Source: Auanema rhodensis (taxonomy: Eukaryota > Animalia > Nematoda). From it: 64,000 bases of DNA. The position numbers and the translations under genes were made by a program. Shown here piece by piece: positions 1 through 10,881 of the stretch. Location: contig OZ059899.1 in the NCBI GenBank assembly GCA_964057225.1, positions 1,302,001 through 1,366,000 of the forward strand, in the 5' to 3' direction. The first letter of the stretch is position 1, and every line of letters starts with the position of its first letter. Under the pieces are notes generated by a model. That model was not told the origin of the DNA. It saw nothing but the letters and a program-made list of their open reading frames with translations, and did not search any database.

Positions 1-160
1 ACTTATATCAGTTGATATCTCGGTGCATTTTTAAGTTAGCGCAAATCTGATAACACAGATCGACGCAGCTTAAAAATCCGCATCGAATGCACTATACTAC
101 ATTGAGAAACGCTTAATACAAAAATTAGTTATGATTGTTTGAAAAATGATGCATTAGTGT

Positions 161-188
161 ATGTTGAGTTTCCATGTACACTCAACAT
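161..188. other. 9-bp perfect inverted repeat with 10-nt spacer (monomer positions 161-188); representative copy
   Basis: ATGTTGAGT-ttccatgtac-ACTCAACAT. Confidence 0.85.
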
Positions 189-201
189 TGCTTCCAAAAA
201 C

Positions 202-236
202 ATTTTGACAAAAATTTTTTCGAAAAATTTCAAAAT
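202..236. other. A/T-tract dyad centred on TTTTTCGAAAAA (monomer positions 202-236); representative copy
   Basis: Perfect 12-bp palindrome at 216-227, flanked by ATTTTGA (202-208) and TCAAAAT (230-236). Confidence 0.75.
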
Positions 237-338
237 AATTTAGCAAAAAGTAGATGTTTTTAGATTCCATTTTTCAAGGCAAAGACGATGGACAATGTTA
301 TTCAACGAAAAAATTGATTCTTCAGGGTGAAAATCGAG

Positions 339-360
339 GATATAAGTGTGAACTTATATC
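339..360. other. 9-bp perfect inverted repeat with 4-nt GTGA loop, overlapping a second dyad ATATCA-gt-TGATAT; representative copy
   Basis: GATATAAGT-gtga-ACTTATATC at 339-360, and ATATCA-gt-TGATAT at 356-369. Confidence 0.85.
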
Positions 361-1404
361 AGTTGATATCTCGGTGCATTTTTAAGCTAGCGCAAATCTG
401 ATAACACAGATCGACGTAGCTTAAAAATCCGCAGCGAATGCACTATACTACATTGAGAAACGCTTGATACAAAAATTAGTTATGATCGTTTGAAAAATGA
501 TGCATTAGTGTATGTTGAGTTTCCATGTACACTCAACATTGCTTCCAAAAACATTTTGACAAAAATTTTTTCGAAAAATTTCAAAATAATTTAGCAAAAA
601 GTAGATGTTTTTAGATTTCATTTTTCAAGGCAAAGACGATGGACAATGTTATTCAACGAAAAAATTGATTCTTCAGGGTGAAAATCGAGGATATAAGTGT
701 GAACTTATATCAGTTGATATCTCGGTGCATTTTTAAGCTAGCGCAAATCTGATAACACAGATCGACGCAGCTTAAAAATCCGCAGCGAATGCACTATACT
801 ACATTGAGAAACGCTCGATACAAAAATTAGTTATGATCGTTTGAAAAATGATGCATTAGTGTATGTTGAGTTTCCATGTACACTCAACATTGCTTCCAAA
901 AACATTTTGACAAAAATTTTTTCGAAAAATTTCAAAATAATTTAGCAAAAAGTAGATGTTTTTAGATTCCATTTCTCAAGGCAAAGACGATGGACAATGT
1001 TATTCAACGAAAAAATTATTTCTTCAGGGTGAAAATCGAGGATATAAGTGTGAACTTATATCAGTTGATATCTCGGTGCATTTTTAAGTTAGCGCAAATC
1101 TGATAACACAGATCGACGCAGCTTAAAAATCCGCATCGAATGCACTATACTACACTGAGAAACGCTTGATACAAAAATTAGTTATGATCGTTTGAAAAAT
1201 GATGCATTAGTGTATGTTGAGTTTCCATGTACACTCAACATTGCTTCCAAAAATATTTTGACAAAAATTTTTTCGAAAAATTTCAAAATAATTTAGCAAA
1301 AAGTAGATGTTTTTAGATTTCATTTTTCAAGGCAAAGACGATGGACAATGTTATTCAACGAAAAAATTAATTCTTCAGGGTGAAAATCGAGGATATAAGT
1401 GTGA

Positions 1405-3510
1405 ACTTATATCAGTTGATATCTCGGTGCATTTTTAAGCTAGCGCAAATCTGATAACACAGATCGACGCAGCTTAAAAATCCGCATCGAATGCACTATA
1501 CTACATTGAGAAACGCTTAATACAAAAATTAGTTATGATCGTTTGAAAAATGATGCATTAGTGTATGTTGAGTTTCCATGTACACTCAACATTGCTTCCA
1601 AAAACATTTTGACAAAAATTTTTTCGAAAAATTTCAAAATAATTTAGCAAAAAGTAGATGTTTTTAGATTTCATTTTTCAAGGCAAAGACGATGGACAAT
1701 GTTATTCAACGAAAAAATTAATTCTTCAGGGTGAAAATCGAGGATATAAGTGTGAACTTATATCAGTTGATATCTCGGTGCATTTTTAAGCTAGCGCAAA
1801 TCTGATAACACAGATCGACGCAGCTTAAAAATCCGCATCGAATGCACTATACTACATTGAGAAACGCTTAATACAAAAATTAGTTATGATCGTTTGAAAA
1901 ATGATGCATTAGTGTATGTTGAGTTTCCATGTACACTCAACATTGCTTCCAAAAACATTTTGACAAAAATTTTTTCGAAAAATTTCAAAATAATTTAGCA
2001 AAAAGTAGATGTTTTTAGATTCCATTTTTCAAGGCAAAGACGATGGACAATGTTATTCAACGAAAAAATTAATTCTTCAGAGTGAAAATTGAGGATATAA
2101 GTGTGAACTTATATCAGTTGATATCTCGGTGCATTTTTAAGCTAGCGCAAATCTGATAACACAGATCGACGCAACTTAAAAATCCGCATCGAATGCACTA
2201 TACTACATTGAGAAACGCTTGATACAAAAATTAGTTATGATCGTTTGAAAAATGATGCATTAGTGTATGTTGAGTTTCCATGTACACTCAACATTGCTTC
2301 CAAAAACATTTTGACAAAAATTTTTTCGAAAAATTTCAAATAAATTTAGCAAAAAGTAGATGTTTTTAGATTCCATTTCTCAAGGCAAAGACGATGGACA
2401 ATGTTATTCAACGAAAAAATTAATTCTTCAGGGTGAAAATTGAGGATATAAGTGTGAACTTATATCAGTTGATATCTCGGTGCATTTTTAAGCTAGCGCA
2501 AATCTGATAACACAGATCGACGCAGCTTAAAAATCCGCATCGAATGCACTATACTACATTGAGAAACGCTTGATACAAAAATTAGTTATGATCGTTTGAA
2601 AAATGATGCATTAGTGTATGTTGAGTTTCCATGTACACTCAACATTGCTTCCAAAAACATTTTGACAAAAATTTTTTTGAAAAATTTCAGAATAATTTAG
2701 CAAAAAGTAGATGTTTTTAGATTCCATTTTTCAAGGCAAAGACGATGGACAATGTTATTCAACGAAAAAATTATTTCTTCAGGGTGAAAATCGAGGATAT
2801 AAGTGTGAACTTATATCAGTTGATATCTCGGTGCATTTTTAAGTTAGCGCAAATCTGATAACACAGATCGACGCAGCTTAAAAATCCGCATCGAATGCAC
2901 TATACTACACTGAGAAACGCTTGATACAAAAATTAGTTATGATCGTTTGAAAAATGATGCATTAGTGTATGTTGAGTTTCCATGTACACTCAACATTGCT
3001 TCCAAAAACATTTTGACAAAAATTTTTTCGAAAAATTTCAAAATAATTTAGCAAAAAGTAGATGTTTTTAGATTCCATTTCTCAAGGCAAAGACGATGGA
3101 CAATGTTATTCAACGAAAAAATTATTTCTTCAGGGTGAAAATCGAGGATATAAGTGTGAACTTATATCAGTTGATATCTCGGTGCATTTTTAAGTTAGCG
3201 CAAATCTGATAACACAGATCGACGCAGCTTAAAAATCCGCATCGAATGCACTATACTACATTGAGAAACGCTTGATACAAAAATTAGTTATGATCGTTTG
3301 AAAAATGATGCATTAGTGTATGTTGAGTTTCCATGTACACTCAACATTGCTTCCAAAAACATTTTGACAAAAATTTTTTCGAAAAATTTCAAAATAATTT
3401 AGCAAAAAGTAGATGTTTTTAGATTCCATTTTTCAAGGCAAAGACGATGGACAATGTTATTCAACGAAAAAATTGATTCTTCAGGGTGAAAATCGAGGAT
3501 ATAAGTGTGA
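1405..3510. repeat. 6-monomer block duplicated at 5968-8073 (offset 4563 = 13 monomers)
   Basis: Same ordered variant series in both blocks: GATTTCAT; CAGAGTGAAAATTGAG; GCAACTT+CAAATAAAT; T7GAAAAATTTCAGAAT; ACACTGAG+TTCTCA; AATTGATTC. Confidence 0.88.
1424..1490. other. Long imperfect inverted repeat (monomer positions 20-86), present in every monomer; representative copy
   Basis: TCGGTGC-ATTTTTAAGCT-a-GCG-caa-ATCTG-ataaca-CAGAT-cga-CGC-AGCTTAAAAAT-cc-GCATCGA: nested arms of 7 (one G.T), 11, 3 and 5 bp. Confidence 0.85.
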
Positions 3511-6500
3511 ACTTATATCAGTTGATATCTCGGTGCATTTTTAAGCTAGCGCAAATCTGATAACACAGATCGACGCAGCTTAAAAATCCGCATCGAATGC
3601 ACTATACTACATTGAGAAACGCTTGATACAAAAATTAGTTATGATCGTTTGAAAAATGATGCATTAGTGTATGTTGAGTTTCCATGTACACTCAACATTG
3701 CTTCCAAAAATATTTTGACAAAAATTTTTTCGAAAAATTTCAAAATAATTTAGCAAAAAGTAGATGTTTTTAGATTTCATTTTTCAAGGCAAAGACGATG
3801 GACAATGTTATTCAACGAAAAAATTAATTCTTCAGGGTGAAAATCGAGGATATAAGTGTGAACTTATATCAGTTGATATCTCGGTGCATTTTTAAGCTAG
3901 CGCAAATCTGATAACACAGATCGACGCAGCTTAAAAATCCGCATCGAATGCACTATACTACATTGAGAAACGCTTAATACAAAAATTAGTTATGATCGTT
4001 TGAAAAATGATGCATTAGTGTATGTTGAGTTTCCATGTACACTCAACATTGCTTCCAAAAACATTTTGACAAAAATTTTTTCGAAAAATTTCAAAATAAT
4101 TTAGCAAAAAGTAGATGTTTTTAGATTTCATTTTTCAAGGCAAAGACGATGGACAATGTTATTCAACGAAAAAATTGATTCTTCAGGGTGAAAATCGAGG
4201 ATATAAGTGTGAACTTATATCAGTTGATATCTCGGTGCATTTTTAAGCTAGCGCAAATCTGATAACACAGATCGACGCAGCTTAAAAATCCGCAGCGAAT
4301 GCACTATACTACATTGAGAAACGCTCGATACAAAAATTAGTTATGATCGTTTGAAAAATGATGCATTAGTGTATGTTGAGTTTCCATGTACACTCAACAT
4401 TGCTTCCAAAAACATTTTGACAAAAATTTTTTCGAAAAATTTCAAAATAATTTAGCAAAAAGTAGATGTTTTTAGATTCCATTTCTCAAGGCAAAGACGA
4501 TGGACAATGTTATTCAACGAAAAAATTATTTCTTCAGGGTGAAAATCGAGGATATAAGTGTGAACTTATATCAGTTGATATCTCGGTGCATTTTTAAGCT
4601 AGCGCAAATCTGATAACACAGATCGACGCAGCTTAAAAATCCGCATCGAATGCACTATACTACATTGAGAAACGCTTAATACAAAAATTAGTTATGATCG
4701 TTTGAAAAATGATGCATTAGTGTATGTTGAGTTTCCATGTACACTCAACATTGCTTCCAAAAACATTTTGACAAAAATTTTTTCGAAAAATTTCAAAATA
4801 ATTTAGCAAAAAGTAGATGTTTTTAGATTTCATTTTTCAAGGCAAAGACGATGGACAATGTTATTCAACGAAAAAATTAATTCTTCAGGGTGAAAATCGA
4901 GGATATAAGTGTGAACTTATATCAGTTGATATCTCGGTGCATTTTTAAGCTAGCGCAAATCTGATAACACAGATCGACGCAGCTTAAAAATCCGCATCGA
5001 ATGCACTATACTACATTGAGAAACGCTTAATACAAAAATTAGTTATGATCGTTTGAAAAATGATGCATTAGTGTATGTTGAGTTTCCATGTACACTCAAC
5101 ATTGCTTCCAAAAACATTTTGACAAAAATTTTTTCGAAAAATTTCAAAATAATTTAGCAAAAAGTAGATGTTTTTAGATTCCATTTTTCAAGGCAAAGAC
5201 GATGGACAATGTTATTCAACGAAAAAATTAATTCTTCAGAGTGAAAATTGAGGATATAAGTGTGAACTTATATCAGTTGATATCTCGGTGCATTTTTAAG
5301 CTAGCGCAAATCTGATAACACAGATCGACGCAACTTAAAAATCCGCATCGAATGCACTATACTACATTGAGAAACGCTTGATACAAAAATTAGTTATGAT
5401 CGTTTGAAAAATGATGCATTAGTGTATGTTGAGTTTCCATGTACACTCAACATTGCTTCCAAAAACATTTTGACAAAAATTTTTTCGAAAAATTTCAAAT
5501 AAATTTAGCAAAAAGTAGATGTTTTTAGATTCCATTTCTCAAGGCAAAGACGATGGACAATGTTATTCAACGAAAAAATTAATTCTTCAGGGTGAAAATT
5601 GAGGATATAAGTGTGAACTTATATCAGTTGATATCTCGGTGCATTTTTAAGCTAGCGCAAATCTGATAACACAGATCGACGCAGCTTAAAAATCCGCATC
5701 GAATGCACTATACTACATTGAGAAACGCTTGATACAAAAATTAGTTATGATCGTTTGAAAAATGATGCATTAGTGTATGTTGAGTTTCCATGTACACTCA
5801 ACATTGCTTCCAAAAACATTTTGACAAAAATTTTTTTGAAAAATTTCAAAATAATTTAGCAAAAAGTAGATGTTTTTAGATTTCATTTTTCAAGGCAAAG
5901 ACGATGGACAATGTTATTCAACGAAAAAATTAATTCTTCAGGGTGAAAATCGAGGATATAAGTGTGAACTTATATCAGTTGATATCTCGGTGCATTTTTA
6001 AGCTAGCGCAAATCTGATAACACAGATCGACGCAGCTTAAAAATCCGCATCGAATGCACTATACTACATTGAGAAACGCTTAATACAAAAATTAGTTATG
6101 ATCGTTTGAAAAATGATGCATTAGTGTATGTTGAGTTTCCATGTACACTCAACATTGCTTCCAAAAACATTTTGACAAAAATTTTTTCGAAAAATTTCAA
6201 AATAATTTAGCAAAAAGTAGATGTTTTTAGATTTCATTTTTCAAGGCAAAGACGATGGACAATGTTATTCAACGAAAAAATTAATTCTTCAGGGTGAAAA
6301 TCGAGGATATAAGTGTGAACTTATATCAGTTGATATCTCGGTGCATTTTTAAGCTAGCGCAAATCTGATAACACAGATCGACGCAGCTTAAAAATCCGCA
6401 TCGAATGCACTATACTACATTGAGAAACGCTTAATACAAAAATTAGTTATGATCGTTTGAAAAATGATGCATTAGTGTATGTTGAGTTTCCATGTACACT

Positions 6501-9500
6501 CAACATTGCTTCCAAAAACATTTTGACAAAAATTTTTTCGAAAAATTTCAAAATAATTTAGCAAAAAGTAGATGTTTTTAGATTCCATTTTTCAAGGCAA
6601 AGACGATGGACAATGTTATTCAACGAAAAAATTAATTCTTCAGAGTGAAAATTGAGGATATAAGTGTGAACTTATATCAGTTGATATCTCGGTGCATTTT
6701 TAAGCTAGCGCAAATCTGATAACACAGATCGACGCAACTTAAAAATCCGCATCGAATGCACTATACTACATTGAGAAACGCTTGATACAAAAATTAGTTA
6801 TGATCGTTTGAAAAATGATGCATTAGTGTATGTTGAGTTTCCATGTACACTCAACATTGCTTCCAAAAACATTTTGACAAAAATTTTTTCGAAAAATTTC
6901 AAATAAATTTAGCAAAAAGTAGATGTTTTTAGATTCCATTTCTCAAGGCAAAGACGATGGACAATGTTATTCAACGAAAAAATTAATTCTTCAGGGTGAA
7001 AATTGAGGATATAAGTGTGAACTTATATCAGTTGATATCTCGGTGCATTTTTAAGCTAGCGCAAATCTGATAACACAGATCGACGCAGCTTAAAAATCCG
7101 CATCGAATGCACTATACTACATTGAGAAACGCTTGATACAAAAATTAGTTATGATCGTTTGAAAAATGATGCATTAGTGTATGTTGAGTTTCCATGTACA
7201 CTCAACATTGCTTCCAAAAACATTTTGACAAAAATTTTTTTGAAAAATTTCAGAATAATTTAGCAAAAAGTAGATGTTTTTAGATTCCATTTTTCAAGGC
7301 AAAGACGATGGACAATGTTATTCAACGAAAAAATTATTTCTTCAGGGTGAAAATCGAGGATATAAGTGTGAACTTATATCAGTTGATATCTCGGTGCATT
7401 TTTAAGTTAGCGCAAATCTGATAACACAGATCGACGCAGCTTAAAAATCCGCATCGAATGCACTATACTACACTGAGAAACGCTTGATACAAAAATTAGT
7501 TATGATCGTTTGAAAAATGATGCATTAGTGTATGTTGAGTTTCCATGTACACTCAACATTGCTTCCAAAAACATTTTGACAAAAATTTTTTCGAAAAATT
7601 TCAAAATAATTTAGCAAAAAGTAGATGTTTTTAGATTCCATTTCTCAAGGCAAAGACGATGGACAATGTTATTCAACGAAAAAATTATTTCTTCAGGGTG
7701 AAAATCGAGGATATAAGTGTGAACTTATATCAGTTGATATCTCGGTGCATTTTTAAGTTAGCGCAAATCTGATAACACAGATCGACGCAGCTTAAAAATC
7801 CGCATCGAATGCACTATACTACATTGAGAAACGCTTGATACAAAAATTAGTTATGATCGTTTGAAAAATGATGCATTAGTGTATGTTGAGTTTCCATGTA
7901 CACTCAACATTGCTTCCAAAAACATTTTGACAAAAATTTTTTCGAAAAATTTCAAAATAATTTAGCAAAAAGTAGATGTTTTTAGATTCCATTTTTCAAG
8001 GCAAAGACGATGGACAATGTTATTCAACGAAAAAATTGATTCTTCAGGGTGAAAATCGAGGATATAAGTGTGAACTTATATCAGTTGATATCTCGGTGCA
8101 TTTTTAAGCTAGCGCAAATCTGATAACACAGATCGACGCAGCTTAAAAATCCGCATCGAATGCACTATACTACACTGAGAAACGCTTGATACAAAAATTA
8201 GTTATGATCGTTTGAAAAATGATGCATTAGTGTATGTTGAGTTTCCATGTACACTCAACATTGCTTCCAAAAACATTTTGACAAAAATTTTTTTGAAAAA
8301 TTTCAGAATAATTTAGCAAAAAGTAGATGTTTTTAGATTCCATTTCTCAAGGCAAAGACGATAGACAATGTTATTCAACGAAAAAATTATTTCTTCAGGG
8401 TGAAAATCGAGGATATAAGTGTGAACTTATATCAGTTGATATCTCGGTGCATTTTTAAGTTAGCGCAAATCTGATAACACAGATCGACGCAGCTTAAAAA
8501 TCCGCATCGAATGCACTATACTACACTGAGAAACGCTTGATACAAAAATTAGTTATGATCGTTTGAAAAATGATGCATTAGTGTATGTTGAGTTTCCATG
8601 TACACTCAACATTGCTTCCAAAAACATTTTGACAAAAATTTTTTCGAAAAATTTCAAAATAATTTAGCAAAAAGTAGATGTTTTTAGATTTCATTTTTCA
8701 AGGCAAAGACGATGGACAATGTTATTCAACGAAAAAATTAATTCTTCAGGGTGAAAATCGAGGATATAAGTGTGAACTTATATCAGTTGATATCTCGGTG
8801 CATTTTTAAGCTAGCGCAAATCTGATAACACAGATCGACGCAGCTTAAAAATCCGCATCGAATGCACTATACTACATTGAGAAACGCTTAATACAAAAAT
8901 TAGTTATGATCGTTTGAAAAATGATGCATTAGTGTATGTTGAGTTTCCATGTACACTCAACATTGCTTCCAAAAACATTTTGACAAAAATTTTTTCGAAA
9001 AATTTCAAAATAATTTAGCAAAAAGTAGATGTTTTTAGATTCCATTTTTCAAGGCAAAGACGATGGACAATGTTATTCAACGAAAAAATTAATTCTTCAG
9101 AGTAAAAATTGAGGATATAAGTGTGAACTTATATCAGTTGATATCTCGGTGCATTTTTAAGCTAGCGCAAATCTGATAACACAGATCGACGCAACTTAAA
9201 AATCCGCATCGAATGCACTATACTACATTGAGAAACGCTTGATACAAAAATTAGTTATGATCGTTTGAAAAATGATGCATTAGTGTATGTTGAGTTTCCA
9301 TGTACACTCAACATTGCTTCCAAAAACATTTTGACAAAAATTTTTTCGAAAAATTTCAAATAAATTTAGCAAAAAGTAGATGTTTTTAGATTCCATTTCT
9401 CAAGGCAAAGACGATGGACAATGTTATTCAACGAAAAAATTAATTCTTCAGGGTGAAAATTGAGGATATAAGTGTGAACTTATATCAGTTGATATCTCGG

Positions 9501-10881
9501 TGCATTTTTAAGCTAGCGCAAATCTGATAACACAGATCGACGCAGCTTAAAAATCCGCATCGAATGCACTATACTACATTGAGAAACGCTTGATACAAAA
9601 ATTAGTTATGATCGTTTGAAAAATGATGCATTAGTGTATGTTGAGTTTCCATGTACACTCAACATTGCTTCCAAAAACATTTTGACAAAAATTTTTTTGA
9701 AAAATTTCAGAATAATTTAGCAAAAAGTAGATGTTTTTAGATTCCATTTTTCAAGGCAAAGACGATGGACAATGTTATTCAACGAAAAAATTAATTCTTC
9801 AGGGTGAAAATCGAGGATATAAGTGTGAACTTATATCAGTTGATATCTCGGTGCATTTTTAAGTTAGCGCAAATCTGATAACACAGATCGACGCAGCTTA
9901 AAAATCCGCATCGAATGCACTATACTACACTGAGAAACGCTTGATACAAAAATTAGTTATGATCGTTTGAAAAATGATGCATTAGTGTATGTTGAGTTTC
10001 CATGTACACTCAACATTGCTTCCAAAAACATTTTGACAAAAATTTTTTTGAAAAATTTCAGAATAATTTAGCAAAAAGTAGATGTTTTTAGATTCCATTT
10101 CTCAAGGCAAAGACGATAGACAATGTTATTCAACGAAAAAATTATTTCTTCAGGGTGAAAATCGAGGATATAAGTGTGAACTTATATCAGTTGATATCTC
10201 GGTGCATTTTTAAGTTAGCGCAAATCTGATAACACAGATCGACGCAGCTTAAAAATCCGCATCGAATGCACTATACTACACTGAGAAACGCTTGATACAA
10301 AAATTAGTTATGATCGTTTGAAAAATGATGCATTAGTGTATGTTGAGTTTCCATGTACACTCAACATTGCTTCCAAAAACATTTTGACAAAAATTTTTTC
10401 GAAAAATTTCAAAATAATTTAGCAAAAAGTAGATGTTTTTAGATTTCATTTTTCAAGGCAAAGACGATGGACAATGTTATTCAACGAAAAAATTAATTCT
10501 TCAGGGTGAAAATCGAGGATATAAGTGTGAACTTATATCAGTTGATATCTCGGTGCATTTTTAAGCTAGCGCAAATCTGATAACACAGATCGACGCAGCT
10601 TACAAATCCGCATCGAATGCACTATACTACATTGAGAAACGCTTAATACAAAAATTAGTTATGATCGTTTGAAAAATGATGCATTAGTGTATGTTGAGTT
10701 TCCATGTACACTCAACATTGCTTCCAAAAACATTTTGACAAAAATTTTTTCGAAAAATTTCAAAATAATTTAGCAAAAAGTAGATGTTTTTAGATTCCAT
10801 TTCTCAAGGCAAAGACGATAGACAATGTTATTCAACGAAAAAATTAATTCTTCAGGGTGAAAATCGAGGATATAAGTGTGA

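Noticed and set aside
205-240. Bacterial sigma70-like promoter (TTGACA at 205-210) or intrinsic terminators at the hairpins
   Set aside because: No well-spaced -10 match and no gene context; such motifs are expected by chance in an AT-rich repeat that looks eukaryotic.
120-320. Monomer as an ancient dimer of ~170-175-bp subunits (GTTAT...GAAAAA..GAT.C at ~128 and ~297)
   Set aside because: Similarity is short and A/T-rich, not distinguishable from chance by eye; it needs a self-dot-plot with shuffled controls.
319-325. CUGAAGA hammerhead-ribozyme core motif on the minus strand (hammerheads occur in some satellites/retrozymes)
   Set aside because: I cannot form stem II closing onto a downstream GAAA, or stems I/III, and the widespread TTCATTGTG variant destroys CUGA. 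The plus-strand CTGATAA does not fit CUGANGA. An Infernal search with the Rfam hammerhead models would settle it.
1-351. Giant repeat protein (351 = 117 codons), possibly under a TAG=Gln genetic code where TAG>CAG would be synonymous
   Set aside because: The same frame has TGA at 13-15, 103-105 and 328-330 in addition to TAGs. The observed indels (-4, +59, +61, -1) are frameshifting, and variants show no evident third-position bias.
1-351. Tandem 5S rRNA, tRNA, snRNA or spliced-leader RNA gene unit
   Set aside because: No recognisable 5S sequence, tRNA cloverleaf/T-loop GTTCGA motif or known spliced-leader sequence on either strand. A cmscan would be the decisive test.
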